Below, in pieces: positions 29,315 to 39,989 of a DNA stretch of 64,000 bases (within the stretch, counting starts at the first letter, position 1; every line of letters starts with the position of its first letter). This stretch comes from an uncultured Rhodospirillaceae bacterium (GTDB lineage: Bacteria > Pseudomonadota > Alphaproteobacteria > Rhodospirillales > UBA2165). Below the pieces are notes generated by a model. That model was not told the DNA's origin. It was given only the letters and a program-made list of their open reading frames with translations, and ran no database searches. Both the position numbers and the translations under genes were made by a program. The stretch spans positions 2,208 through 66,207 of the forward strand of contig CAZXSC010000004.1 in assembly GCA_964643045.1 (NCBI GenBank). The letters run 5' to 3'.

Positions 29315-31498
29315 ATGCCTAAAATATTTAATAATAGTTACTTACCAACGATCCCTCTAGATTATATTTTTCTTATTATATTTTCAGTTATGTCTTTCGA
29401 CGCCTATGCAAAAAGCCTCACCCAAGATCATCCGAGCCTCAAGGAAAAAGGTATAACTTTCACCGCAGATGAAGTCTCTCACGACAAAAAATTAGGCATT
29501 ATAAAGGCGTCAGGGAGCGTTGAGGTATTTAATAATAAACAAGTATTATTAGCTGATAGGATTTCCTATAATCAACGTCATGATATGTTAATTGCCACTG
29601 GACATGTTAGCCTTTTGGAACCTAGTGGACATGTACTTTTTGCGGAATACATGGAAATTAGTGGTGATTTTAAATCGGGCATAATTCAAAATTTCCGAGC
29701 TCGTCTATCAGACAACGCCCGAATGGCAGCGAGCAACGCGCGCCTAAAAAATGGCAACCAAACTATAATGAAAAACGCCGTTTACTCCCCTTGCACCACC
29801 TGCTCTACCATGCCCGATCAGTCGCCATTATGGCGAGTCAAAGCTAAAAAAGTTGTGCACGATAAAAAAGAACAGCAACTTGAATATTTTGACGCATGGC
29901 TGGAATTTTTAGGCGCTCCTGTTTTCTATACACCATATTTTTGGCACCCTGACCCAACCGTAAAGAGAAAATCGGGTTTCTTGACACCCAGCACTGGTGG
30001 GTCGACATCCCTAGGAACAACTGTAACTACACCTTATTTTTACGCGATTTCACCAAGTAAAGACCTTACCATCACACCTACGATAACAACTAAAGAACGT
30101 CTAATTATGGAAGGAGAATATCGCGAGCGTTTTGCAAATGGGGATCTAGTATCTCGCGGCAGCTTAACATATGATTCAAATAACGATCTACGGGGTCATA
30201 TCGATAGTACAGGACGTTATGATATCGATGAAAAATTCAGGTGGGGCTTTGACATAAATCGTTCTACCGATGATACCTACTTAAGAAGATATGGCTTTCC
30301 ATCTAGTCGCAGCCTGACTACCACAACCTATATTGAAGGATTTAGCCGACGAAATTATTTATCAGCCAAAGCATACTCTTTCCAGGGAACCGCCATTGAA
30401 GATGATCCAGGTCAAACCCCCTTAGTGCTTCCATTAGTTGAGTATAATCGAAAGAGCGCTACTGGAAAATTAGGGACAACTACAGCGTTTAATGCCAGCG
30501 CGATTGCAATGACACGAACCGAATCTAACGATACACGCCGAATTTCAATTGATGGTAACTGGCAGTTACCTCATATAGGTAAAAACGGTGAATTTACAAC
30601 ACTTTCATTAAGCACAAGAGCCGACCTATACCACGTAAACAATTTAACACAGAATAGGCAGCAAAAATTTTCAGGCTTGACCGGCCGTATTCTTCCCCAA
30701 GCCAAAGTAGACTGGCGCCTCCCCCTCTCCCGCCAGCATGGAAATATTAGCCAAACGCTTGAACCACTGGCTTCAATTATTGTTAGCCCTTACGGTGGAA
30801 ACACTAGCAAAATACCGAATGAAGATAGCATTGATATGGAGTTTGATGATACTAACTTGTTCAGTGACAATGTGTTCACGGGTTATGACAGAGTGGTCGG
30901 TGGCCCAAGGATAAAATATGGTCTTAAATGGGGGCTATTTGGCTCAAAAGGAGGGCACACAACAGTTTTTGCTGGTCAGAGCTTTCGACCAAAAGATGAT
31001 GATACATTCGCTGCCGGCTCGGGATTAGAAGGGCGCTTATCAGATTTTGTGGGGCGAATTAACGTATCACCTGGAAATTATCTCGATTTTATGTTTCACA
31101 CTCGCCTAGACAAAGATAATTATTCAGCAAAACGCAATGAATTTCAACTAATCGCCGGACCGCCCGCGTTAAGATTATCAACAAATTATGTTTTTTTTGA
31201 ATCAACAAGTGATGCTGATTTTTCTGGGCGCGAGGAAATCTCAGGAAATCTTTCCGCAAAATTGGATCGTTATTGGCGATCTAGTTTTGTTGGCCGTTAT
31301 GATTTTCAGGGTGACGGCGATTTAAGAAACATAGGCGTAAATCTAACCTATGAATGTGAGTGCTTCACATTTTTAACCAGCATTGCCCGTCAATTTTATA
31401 GTGACCGTGACTTACGTCCAACCGACACAATCATGTTTAGGCTAAGTTTTAAAACATTAGGTGACATCCGAACAGGTCTCAGCAATTCTGGTGGCTAA
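29315..31498 (+). CDS. lptD: LPS-assembly outer membrane protein LptD
   Basis: 727 aa with a signal peptide, an OstA-like N-terminal domain and a large beta-barrel. Sits in the classical lptD-surA-pdxA-rsmA order. Confidence 0.9.
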   Translation: MPKIFNNSYLPTIPLDYIFLIIFSVMSFDAYAKSLTQDHPSLKEKGITFTADEVSHDKKLGIIKASGSVEVFNNKQVLLADRISYNQRHDMLIATGHVSLLEPSGHVLFAEYMEISGDFKSGIIQNFRARLSDNARMAASNARLKNGNQTIMKNAVYSPCTTCSTMPDQSPLWRVKAKKVVHDKKEQQLEYFDAWLEFLGAPVFYTPYFWHPDPTVKRKSGFLTPSTGGSTSLGTTVTTPYFYAISPSKDLTITPTITTKERLIMEGEYRERFANGDLVSRGSLTYDSNNDLRGHIDSTGRYDIDEKFRWGFDINRSTDDTYLRRYGFPSSRSLTTTTYIEGFSRRNYLSAKAYSFQGTAIEDDPGQTPLVLPLVEYNRKSATGKLGTTTAFNASAIAMTRTESNDTRRISIDGNWQLPHIGKNGEFTTLSLSTRADLYHVNNLTQNRQQKFSGLTGRILPQAKVDWRLPLSRQHGNISQTLEPLASIIVSPYGGNTSKIPNEDSIDMEFDDTNLFSDNVFTGYDRVVGGPRIKYGLKWGLFGSKGGHTTVFAGQSFRPKDDDTFAAGSGLEGRLSDFVGRINVSPGNYLDFMFHTRLDKDNYSAKRNEFQLIAGPPALRLSTNYVFFESTSDADFSGREEISGNLSAKLDRYWRSSFVGRYDFQGDGDLRNIGVNLTYECECFTFLTSIARQFYSDRDLRPTDTIMFRLSFKTLGDIRTGLSNSGG

Positions 31499-31525
31499 TA
31501 TTTTTTTGAAAGTGCGGAACTCTAC

Positions 31526-32857
31526 ATGAACCTTATTGAAAAACAATATCAAAAATCAAACTTTGTATTTTTCACAAACCCTATTGCACCAGTGGCTAAG
31601 ATATTTCTAACCACATTGTTAATCCTGCCAATAATTTTAACAAGAGTATCAATAGCAGAAAATTCCAAGTATAGCCCTGAACAAAGAATTATTGCTGTAG
31701 TTAATAACGAAATTATTTCGCAAGTTGATTTTTCTGATCGTATTAAGTTCGTTATTTTTTCCTCACGCTTGCCAGATAACGTGAAAACCGTAAAACGAAT
31801 TTCTCCACAAATTTTACGCGTAATGATAAATGATAAGCTTAAACTGCAAGAAACAAGAAAATTAGGCATAAAGGTGAGCCAGAAAGAGCTACAAGCTGCA
31901 ATCGGTGAATTGGAAAAGAATAATGGTCTGCCCAAAGGACGGATGCGTATTCTGCTCAAATCCAACGGCATAAGTTTCCGATCATTTGAACAACAGGTTC
32001 ATAGCCAGATAGCGTGGCGAAAAGCGGTTATAAGACAGGTGCTGTCGAAAAGTAAGATCGGAGAAGGATCTGTAGATATGGCAATTAAAAAAATCGAGGC
32101 TAATAAGGGAAAGCCCGAATATCGCGTCGCTGAAATTTTTATTCCATTTGAACCCAACAAATCACAGGGAGAAACCTTTAAAAATGCAATGCGCCTATAT
32201 TTCCAGATACAGAGAGGTGCTAATTTTTCTGCTTTGGCTCGCGCATTCTCACAAAGCGCTTCGGCAGCAAATGGAGGGAATCTGGGCTGGATCAGACCAG
32301 AGCAAATTGAGAGGGGTTTATCAGATATAATGATAAAAATGGAAGAAAAGACCTCATCAAAACCCCAAAAAGGTGCCGGCGGCTATTACATTTTAAAACT
32401 TTTAAAAAAACGAATGTCTCCAGGTCTTCCAACTGAAAAAATACAAGCTACTCTTCAACAACTTTTCCTGCCAATGCAACCAAATACCTCAGCAAAAGAA
32501 CTTGCGATCCAAGCAAACAAAATTTCATCAAAAACAAAGTCATGTTCAGAGTTGAATAGAAAAGGAAAAGAACTCGGATCAAGGAATTCCGGCAGTGTGG
32601 AGGTTAAAGATATTTCTCGTCTACCTAAGAAAATAAGAGAAATAGCTCAAAATATTAAGTTATCAAAAGCAAGCGATCCAATCCAAACAAAGTCGGGCCT
32701 GTTGATACTTATGGTTTGCAAGCGGAATGACGGTAGTGGAACAAAATTTGTTAGACGGACGATAAAAAATATGCTGCTTGAGAAGCGTGCTGTATTGATG
32801 GGCCGAACCATGTTACGAAATATCCAACGCGCAGCTTTTTTGGATATCAGGCGGTGA
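31526..32857 (+). CDS. surA: Periplasmic chaperone / peptidyl-prolyl isomerase SurA
   Basis: SurA N-terminal domain plus a parvulin signature (FSALARAFSQSASAANGGNLGWI). Synteny with lptD and pdxA. Confidence 0.85.
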   Translation: MNLIEKQYQKSNFVFFTNPIAPVAKIFLTTLLILPIILTRVSIAENSKYSPEQRIIAVVNNEIISQVDFSDRIKFVIFSSRLPDNVKTVKRISPQILRVMINDKLKLQETRKLGIKVSQKELQAAIGELEKNNGLPKGRMRILLKSNGISFRSFEQQVHSQIAWRKAVIRQVLSKSKIGEGSVDMAIKKIEANKGKPEYRVAEIFIPFEPNKSQGETFKNAMRLYFQIQRGANFSALARAFSQSASAANGGNLGWIRPEQIERGLSDIMIKMEEKTSSKPQKGAGGYYILKLLKKRMSPGLPTEKIQATLQQLFLPMQPNTSAKELAIQANKISSKTKSCSELNRKGKELGSRNSGSVEVKDISRLPKKIREIAQNIKLSKASDPIQTKSGLLILMVCKRNDGSGTKFVRRTIKNMLLEKRAVLMGRTMLRNIQRAAFLDIRR

Positions 32858-33873
32858 AGAAAAAGATTGATTTGCCAATAATTTTAACTATGGGCGAACC
32901 AAGTGGGATTGGTGGAGAAATCGCCTTAAAAGCATGGCAATTGGGTCACACGAAATTGTCCCCATTTTGTATAATAGACTGCCCCAATAGACTTCAACAA
33001 ATAAGTAATTCTATGAATCTCCAGGTGGATGTTGTCGAGATTGCGCGCGTAGAAGATACAGCAACTGTCTTTGAAAAAGCTCTACCTGTTTTGCCGATTA
33101 GGTTACCTGGGGAGATTGTACCAGGTGAATTAAATTCCTTGAATAACCAATCGGTTTTATTAGCTATTAAGCGGGCCACCAAATTAATCCAGAGCGGTAG
33201 AGCAATAGCAATGGTAACCAATCCCATACACAAAAATATACTTTATCAGTCCGGATTTTCGTACCCTGGTCATACGGAATACATAGCCGCTCTAGCCAAA
33301 ATCAAAACAGAACCAGTTATGATGCTAGTATCCGATCGTTTGCGCGTTATCCCAGTTACTCGACATGTTGGCCTTCAAAAAGCAATTAAGATGCTAGAAC
33401 CCAAACTTATCGTTAAGACAGCTCTGATCGCTAATGAAGCTCTCAAAAAGGATTTTCGCATTTCTAATCCTAGGATCGCGATAGCGGCACTGAACCCTCA
33501 TGCTGGTGAGGGCGGGATGATGGGCGATGAGGAAGAGACGTTCATTTATCCAGCTATTACTATCCTCAAAGAAAAGGGGTTATCTGTAATGGGTCCCGCA
33601 CCTCCAGACACATTATTTCATAACGAAGCTCGGCAAAATTATGATGTTGTTCTCTGCATGTATCATGACCAGGCTCTCATACCGATCAAAACCTTGGATT
33701 TCGAATCTGCCGTAAATGTTACTCTGGGACTCCCTTTTATTCGCACCTCTCCCGATCACGGAACAGCTCTCAATATAGCGGGCAAGGGTTGCGCAAATGA
33801 GCAAAGCTTGGTCGCTGCAATTCGAATTGCGGGTAAAATGGCGGACACCCGATTAAAAACATCTTCATTATGA
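32854..33873 (+). CDS. pdxA: 4-hydroxythreonine-4-phosphate dehydrogenase
   Basis: Motifs GEPSGIG, PGHTEY, LNPHAGEGG and TSPDHGTAL. The GTG start overlaps the surA stop. Confidence 0.92.
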   Translation: MKKKIDLPIILTMGEPSGIGGEIALKAWQLGHTKLSPFCIIDCPNRLQQISNSMNLQVDVVEIARVEDTATVFEKALPVLPIRLPGEIVPGELNSLNNQSVLLAIKRATKLIQSGRAIAMVTNPIHKNILYQSGFSYPGHTEYIAALAKIKTEPVMMLVSDRLRVIPVTRHVGLQKAIKMLEPKLIVKTALIANEALKKDFRISNPRIAIAALNPHAGEGGMMGDEEETFIYPAITILKEKGLSVMGPAPPDTLFHNEARQNYDVVLCMYHDQALIPIKTLDFESAVNVTLGLPFIRTSPDHGTALNIAGKGCANEQSLVAAIRIAGKMADTRLKTSSL

Positions 33874-34715
33874 CGGTTAAGCGGGATCAATTAACGCCTT
33901 TGCGCGATATTCTAGTCAAGTATGATCTAATTCCAAACAAATCTCTGGGCCAACATTTCTTGTTAGATCAGAATCTCACCAACCGGATTGTCAAAGTAGC
34001 AGGAGAACCTAAAAGTAACCTTTCAGATTTTACAGTGATTGAAATTGGCCCAGGACCTGGCGGTTTAACCCGATCAATATTAGAACACAATCCCAAGCAC
34101 CTATTTGTAATAGAGCGCGATGTCCGTTGTATAGAGATATTAAATACGTTGCGTGATTCTTATCCCGGCCAACTGACGGTCATAGCCGATAATGCTCTGA
34201 ATTCTAGTGGGACGAATTTAGGTCAGACGCCACGCCGTATTATTTCAAATTTACCATATAATATTTCAACAGTTCTTCTAACAAACTGGTTACAAAGAAT
34301 TAATGATATTAACCAAATGACCTTAATGTTCCAAAAAGAACTTGTTGACAGGATGACTGCAAAACCGTCGACCAAGGCTTACGGCAGGCTCAGCGTCATC
34401 ACTCAGTGGCTCTGTGAGGCAAAATTAGAGTTTCATATCAACAAACGGGCCTTTATACCACCTCCGAAAGTGAGCTCCAGTCTTGTTACATTAAAACCTC
34501 GGCCAATACCGCTTCATCCAGCACAATTCAAATACATGGAAATAGTAACTTCCGCTGCTTTTGGCCAACGAAGAAAGATGTTGCGGTCCTCGCTTAAATC
34601 GTTGGATATTAACTTTGTGTCCCTTGGTATTGACCAAAAAGCACGAGCTGAAAATTTAACAATTGAGGAATTTGCCGTACTAGCTCAAGTCATAGAGGAA
34701 CGCTCTTGTGACTAA
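33870..34715 (+). CDS. rsmA: 16S rRNA (adenine1518/1519-N6)-dimethyltransferase
   Basis: LGQHFL, SAM motif EIGPGPGGLT and SNLPYNIS. The start overlaps the pdxA stop (ATGA). Confidence 0.95.
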   Translation: MTVKRDQLTPLRDILVKYDLIPNKSLGQHFLLDQNLTNRIVKVAGEPKSNLSDFTVIEIGPGPGGLTRSILEHNPKHLFVIERDVRCIEILNTLRDSYPGQLTVIADNALNSSGTNLGQTPRRIISNLPYNISTVLLTNWLQRINDINQMTLMFQKELVDRMTAKPSTKAYGRLSVITQWLCEAKLEFHINKRAFIPPPKVSSSLVTLKPRPIPLHPAQFKYMEIVTSAAFGQRRKMLRSSLKSLDINFVSLGIDQKARAENLTIEEFAVLAQVIEERSCD

Positions 34716-34716
34716 C

Positions 34717-35367
34717 TTAGTCAGATCCCCTTAAATTCTGAACAAACTCATGGAGGCCTATCTGGCGTTCGATACAGATGCGTTCGGCAGCAACAATTTT
34801 TTCTACGCATTGGACACTTTTTTTTATATTATCATTAACAATAACGTATTTATATTCTCTGTAGTGGCTCATTTCATCTGCTGCTTTAGCCATACGCTGT
34901 TGAACAATCAACGCAGGATCTTGCGCCCGCGCCCGAAGTCGTTTCTCAAGCTCCATTATGTTTGGCGGAAGAATAAACACACTGACTAGATCTTTCTTTG
35001 CATTTTCATTGTCGGCTAATTGCTGTGTGCCTTGCCAATCTATATCAAACAAAATATCCCGTCCATTTAACAAAGCCTCTTCTACAGGCTTTTTCGGAGT
35101 GCCATAAAAATTACCAAATACCTTTGCGTGTTCCAACAACTCTCCTTGGCTTATCATTTGTTCAAATTTTTCCTCAGTTACAAAAAAATAATCTTCGCCG
35201 TCAACCTCGCCAGGTCGGATTTGCCGAGTGGTAGCAGAAACCGACATCGTCAAATCTGGATCACGTTCTAACATTGCACGGGAAATGGTCGTTTTTCCGG
35301 CTCCTGAGGGAGAGGATAAAACGAGCATTAAACCACGTCGAGAAAAAGAATTATTAATATTACTCAA
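34717..35367 (-). CDS. gmk: Guanylate kinase
   Basis: P-loop SSPSGAGKTT. YFFV and DIDWQG motifs. Confidence 0.95.
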   Translation of the reverse strand: MSNINNSFSRRGLMLVLSSPSGAGKTTISRAMLERDPDLTMSVSATTRQIRPGEVDGEDYFFVTEEKFEQMISQGELLEHAKVFGNFYGTPKKPVEEALLNGRDILFDIDWQGTQQLADNENAKKDLVSVFILPPNIMELEKRLRARAQDPALIVQQRMAKAADEMSHYREYKYVIVNDNIKKSVQCVEKIVAAERICIERQIGLHEFVQNLRGSD

Positions 35368-36274
35368 TATTCTGCACCTGCTCTCGGTACTGTTCTATTA
35401 TTGCTTTCAATTCAAGCCCAATCTTGGACAAGTCGATGTCAGAGGCCTTGGAGCAAAGTGTATTTACCTCCCTATTAATCTCTTGACATAAAAAATCAAG
35501 TTGCCTGCCAATAACTCCGCCTTTTTCCATCAAAGAACCAGCAGATTCGATATGGGCTTGAAGCCTGTCTAACTCTTCCCGAATATCCGCTTTGACCATC
35601 AAAACAGCAGCTTCTTGCGCTAAACGTTCATCCGGAATCGCAGGAACGGTTTCTAGCAGCTCCTCTACTTTATTAGTTAGATTTTCGCGAATAGTGGCCG
35701 GCTGTAAGGCAGCAATATTTGCGGCCTCATCACAAAGATTAATAATAATGCTCAACTGATCAAATAACACCTTACCAATACGCGCTCCTTCTTCAATTCG
35801 GCTTCGTGTCAATGATTCTAGAGCGACATGCAGGCTTTTAACGACCTCTTTTTCAGGCCCCATATGGCCAATACTTCCTGTATCTTCGATAACAAGTTCA
35901 ATAACGCCTCGAGCAGCAAGGAGTCCATCAACACGGGGTTCCGCAAATCCTTTCGAATTTCTTTGTAGCTCTTTAGTGATATCAATAAGCTGGTTGAGCC
36001 AAGTTCGATTTATCTGAAAGCGATTTACTTGCGGCTTTTCTTGAACAGTAAGATTCACATTGAAGTTACCCCGTTTGAAAGAACTTCCAATTGCTGATCT
36101 TGCTATCGCATCAAGTTTTTCATAGCCCTGTGGTAGACGACATCGAATATCTAGACTTCTACCATTCACACTCTTTATTTCCCACATCCAGCTAAAGTCG
36201 TCCTTACTGCCACTAATACTCGCAAACCCAGTCATACTAGAAATAGGAAATTTATTCACAGTTTTACTATTCAT
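35360..36274 (-). CDS. YicC family stress-induced protein
   Basis: N-terminal SMTGFA and C-terminal REVNTLCSKA / LKAIIEQYREQVQNIE, typical of YicC. Overlaps the gmk start by 8 nt. Confidence 0.85.
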   Translation of the reverse strand: MNSKTVNKFPISSMTGFASISGSKDDFSWMWEIKSVNGRSLDIRCRLPQGYEKLDAIARSAIGSSFKRGNFNVNLTVQEKPQVNRFQINRTWLNQLIDITKELQRNSKGFAEPRVDGLLAARGVIELVIEDTGSIGHMGPEKEVVKSLHVALESLTRSRIEEGARIGKVLFDQLSIIINLCDEAANIAALQPATIRENLTNKVEELLETVPAIPDERLAQEAAVLMVKADIREELDRLQAHIESAGSLMEKGGVIGRQLDFLCQEINREVNTLCSKASDIDLSKIGLELKAIIEQYREQVQNIE

Positions 36275-36503
36275 TGGCCCTAGATAGCATATTCTGCTTA
36301 ATATGACATTGCAAAAATGTTTGATATTGCAAAGAAAACAATATTACCAATAATTCTGAAAATATTTCTTTTTACAAAATCTAGTCCCACTTTAATTGCA
36401 GGACGACCTATTCGGTTCCTTTTTAAGGTGAACAAACTCACCCCGTATTTATTCCATTTTGTTGAAACTACAATGTGTCTATTAATAGCAAATGCTATTA
36501 GTT

Positions 36504-37463
36504 CTACTTCAAAAGTTTGCGCCACTTTGCAACGTTGCGATTATGTTCAGCTAAACTTTCAGCAAAAAGATGTCCCCCCGTACCATCCGCAACAAAATAT
36601 AGTTCATTAGTATTAGCCGGTTGCACCACGGCTCTTATTGCCGCCCGTCCGGGATTAGCTATAGCTCCAGGAGGGAGACCATTAATCAGGTATGTATTAT
36701 AAGGGCTGGAAGTTTTGAGATCTTCACGAGTTAAAGCACGTTGGAGTTCCCATTGTCCTTTTGTAATGCTATAATTCACCGTCGGATCCGATTGCAGTCT
36801 CATATTACGGCGCAAGCGATTTAAAAATACTCCAGCAACACGCGGTCGCTCTAACGGAGTTCCTGTTTCTTTTTCAACAATTGATGCCAAAATAAGCACA
36901 TCTTTAATATTTGATAATGGCAAGTCTGGTGAACGGTTTGCCCACGAAGCTGTCAGTGTATTTTTCATACCATTTTTCATACGTTTTATTAGACTATTTC
37001 TCCTATCTCCATAGGTAAAATAATAAGTCTCGGGCAATAATTCTCCCTCACCGAGAGGTATGGTAACCTTGCCAACTAAACCGTCTGTATCTTCTAATAT
37101 CTGGAGAACTTTTCTGTTAGTTAGACCCTCCGCAATGGTAAGTCGCCGAACAACTTGCTTACCTTGTTGCAATATATCCAAAACACCTTCAACACTTACG
37201 TTCTTGGGAAAAGAAAACTCGCCCGCCTGTAGTCCTTTCTTTGCACCCAAAGTTCGAGCGGCAATACTAAGAATTATCGGAATTTCAATTACTTTATTAC
37301 GTGCGAGTAAAATCGCAATTCGCTCAATGCTAGTCCCACGTGGGATTACGACAATTTTATTTTCACGTAAGTTTCCCGGCTGAATAAATTCCGAGTAACC
37401 CCAAGTGCCAAGACCTGAAAGTACCGTTATTAATAGAAGGAATAGAATAATTAGCCAACGCAT
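36504..37463 (-). CDS. mltG: Endolytic murein transglycosylase MltG (YceG-like)
   Basis: N-terminal TM anchor. YceG motifs (IASIVEKET, VFLNRL, LQSDPTV, YNTY, GLPPGAI.NPG, LYFVA). Confidence 0.9.
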   Translation of the reverse strand: MRWLIILFLLLITVLSGLGTWGYSEFIQPGNLRENKIVVIPRGTSIERIAILLARNKVIEIPIILSIAARTLGAKKGLQAGEFSFPKNVSVEGVLDILQQGKQVVRRLTIAEGLTNRKVLQILEDTDGLVGKVTIPLGEGELLPETYYFTYGDRRNSLIKRMKNGMKNTLTASWANRSPDLPLSNIKDVLILASIVEKETGTPLERPRVAGVFLNRLRRNMRLQSDPTVNYSITKGQWELQRALTREDLKTSSPYNTYLINGLPPGAIANPGRAAIRAVVQPANTNELYFVADGTGGHLFAESLAEHNRNVAKWRKLLK

Positions 37464-37480
37464 TCCGCTTACAATAAACT

Positions 37481-38743
37481 TTATGAGAACTCAGACAAAA
37501 CTAGACTAGCATTCGTTCCACCAAATCCAAAAGAATTTGATAGTACATTTTTTACGCGCCGTTCCTGGGCTGTATGTGGAACAAGATTAATATCGCACCC
37601 CTTCGAAGGATCGTCTAGATTCAAAGTTGGCGGCACCACATTGTGCTTAATTGCTAACAATGCAAAGATAGCTTCGACAGCGCCAGCAGCACCCAATAAA
37701 TGTCCAATTGAGGATTTGGTTGATGACATTGCCATTTCTTTAACCCCATTCCCAAATAGACGTTTTACTGCATTGAGTTCAATAATATCCCCCAGTGGTG
37801 TCGAAGTTCCATGCGCATTTATATAATCAATGTCCATTGGATTTAATGCTGCACGTTTTATAGCTATTTCCATCGCTCTATACGCCCCATTACCATCGTC
37901 GGCTGGGGCCGTAATATGATGCGCATCCCCCGACATGCCATAACCAAGAATCTCAGCATAGATGTTAGCGCCGCGCTTTTTTGCATGCTCAAGTTCTTCG
38001 AGCACAACGACTCCTGCTCCTTCGCCGATTACAAAACCATCTCGAAGCTTATCCCAGGGCCTAGAGGCTTTCTCAGGATAATCATTAAAAGCAGTTGATA
38101 AGGCCCTTGCTTGAGCAAAACCGTGAACGCCAAGTTTACAAATTGCGGCCTCTGTCCCACCTGCAATCATAACTTCGGCATCTTCCCACATGATCATACG
38201 GGAAGCATCTCCAATAGCATGGGCACCTGTCGAACAAGCAGTTACAACTGCATGGTTGGGGCCCTTAAAACCATGTTTAATCGCCACATGCCCTGATACT
38301 AGATTTATCAAACTTGCAGGGATAAAGAATGGGCTAAGGCGACGAGAACTTCCTCCGTGTAATAACAATGCCCCTTTTTCAATTTCAGATAAACCGCCAA
38401 TACCGGAACCGATGAGAACTCCCGTTCTTTCAAGACTTTCATTATCAGTTGGGTGCCAACAAGCGTCCGTTATCGCGAGGTCAGCTGCGACTAGGCCAAA
38501 TTGAATAAATGTGTCCATCCTTCGTTGGTCTTTTTCGGTTATAAAATCCCCTTCATTAAAACTTCCTTCAGTCCCTTCTCCCCTAGGCACCTCGCCAGCT
38601 ATTCGAGATGACAGTTCCGACGCATCAAAAGATTTAATAGGTCCTAATCCAGAGTCTCCCTCAATCAATCTTTTCCACGTCAAATCTGCTCCACATGCAA
38701 GCGGAGTGACAAGACCAACTCCTGTAACAACCACACGTCTCAT
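37481..38743 (-). CDS. fabF: Beta-ketoacyl-ACP synthase II
   Basis: Active-site Cys context VVTACSTGAHAIG, His motifs INAHGTSTPLGD and GHLLGAAG, and the C-terminal NSFGFGGTNASL. Confidence 0.95.
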   Translation of the reverse strand: MRRVVVTGVGLVTPLACGADLTWKRLIEGDSGLGPIKSFDASELSSRIAGEVPRGEGTEGSFNEGDFITEKDQRRMDTFIQFGLVAADLAITDACWHPTDNESLERTGVLIGSGIGGLSEIEKGALLLHGGSSRRLSPFFIPASLINLVSGHVAIKHGFKGPNHAVVTACSTGAHAIGDASRMIMWEDAEVMIAGGTEAAICKLGVHGFAQARALSTAFNDYPEKASRPWDKLRDGFVIGEGAGVVVLEELEHAKKRGANIYAEILGYGMSGDAHHITAPADDGNGAYRAMEIAIKRAALNPMDIDYINAHGTSTPLGDIIELNAVKRLFGNGVKEMAMSSTKSSIGHLLGAAGAVEAIFALLAIKHNVVPPTLNLDDPSKGCDINLVPHTAQERRVKNVLSNSFGFGGTNASLVLSEFS

Positions 38744-38816
38744 TTTGATTCGCGGTATTTTGTTTAATTAAATATAGAAAATACTTGTTTCAAATCGGCG
38801 CAAAGCGGGTTATTAC

Positions 38817-39050
38817 TCAGTCCTGAGAAGAAAGAAAATCAACCGCATCTTTGACCGTCAAGATTTTTTCGGCAGCGTCATCAGGGATTTCACAACCAAA
38901 TTCTTCTTCAAACGCCATAACGAGCTCAACCGTATCAAGACTATCAGCCCCAAGGTCATCGATAAAACTTGCTGTATCCGTTACTTTGTCTGCCTCTTGG
39001 CCCAAATGTTCCACGATTATATCTTTCACGCGTTCTGCAATATCACTCAT
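38817..39050 (-). CDS. acpP: Acyl carrier protein
   Basis: 77 aa with the phosphopantetheine site [11 protein letters not shown]. Confidence 0.97.
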   Translation of the reverse strand: MSDIAERVKDIIVEHLGQEADKVTDTASFIDDLGADSLDTVELVMAFEEEFGCEIPDDAAEKILTVKDAVDFLSSQD

Positions 39051-39227
39051 TTATTTTACCTCACTAATTTCGTATTTCACTTTAATGCCGCTATGCAACC
39101 CATAAGGAAACAGCCCACTAAAAAAGCATCACCATCACTCACTCGTTCATGGGTAACTAACATACTTTGATTTGCATTACCAGACCCACCACATGACATA
39201 AAATAATTCTTTTAATCATAGCAAAAT

Positions 39228-39965
39228 TTATATCATGCTCATCCCACCGTTCACATGCAGTGTCTGGCCGGTTATATAACTAGCTTCATCACTCGCCAGA
39301 AAAACAGCGCCAGAAGCCACATCTTCAACTTGCCCAAAACGTCCTGCAGGGATTGCTCCTTGTACTGTATCTTTTTGTTTATCGGTTAGAGAATCGGTCA
39401 TTGGGGTAATTATAAATCCGGGTGCAATACAATTAACGGTTATCCCACGTGATGCAACTTCTTGTGCCAATGATTTTGACATACCAATAATTCCAGCTTT
39501 CGATGCTGCATAATTTGCTTGCCCTGCGTTTCCAGTCACACCGACGATCGAAGTAATACTTATAATCCGGCCGAAGCGTTGTTTCATCATACCACGCAAG
39601 CAAGCCTTTGATAGCTGAAAGGCAGCTTTCAAATTAATATCCAATACTGTATCCCAATCTTCATCCGAAATTCTCATCAATAAATTATCGCGACTTAACC
39701 CGGCATTATTGACTAAAATATCAATTCCGCCCATAGCTTCGTTGCAAGCAATTACTAATTCCCGAATCCCTTCCAAGCTCGCAAGGTCACACGCAACCAC
39801 ATCTGCACGTTCTGATAATTCAGCGGCCAATTGATTAAGAACATCTAATTTTGTACCAGATAGAATGACCGTCGCTCCTTGATCATGCAGTTCTTTCGAA
39901 ATTGCTTTACCAATACCCCCTGATGCTCCTGTGATCAGCGCCCGTTTTCCAGAAAGATCAAACAT
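39228..39965 (-). CDS. fabG: 3-oxoacyl-ACP reductase
   Basis: SDR motifs TGASGGIGKAI, NNAG and YAASKAG. Located within the fabD-fabG-acpP-fabF cluster. Confidence 0.95.
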   Translation of the reverse strand: MFDLSGKRALITGASGGIGKAISKELHDQGATVILSGTKLDVLNQLAAELSERADVVACDLASLEGIRELVIACNEAMGGIDILVNNAGLSRDNLLMRISDEDWDTVLDINLKAAFQLSKACLRGMMKQRFGRIISITSIVGVTGNAGQANYAASKAGIIGMSKSLAQEVASRGITVNCIAPGFIITPMTDSLTDKQKDTVQGAIPAGRFGQVEDVASGAVFLASDEASYITGQTLHVNGGMSMI

Positions 39966-39989
39966 TCAAAACTCCTTTTATCATAATAT

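Noticed and set aside
36275-36610. A 229-bp AT-rich spacer between mltG and yicC, carrying two mutually overlapping ORFs (75 aa on the minus strand, 97 aa on the plus strand).
   Set aside because: Both ORFs run into the mltG coding region, are rich in the Ile/Phe/Lys/Asn expected from AT-rich non-coding DNA, and lack an SD. The region is more likely the yicC promoter/UTR plus the mltG 3' end.
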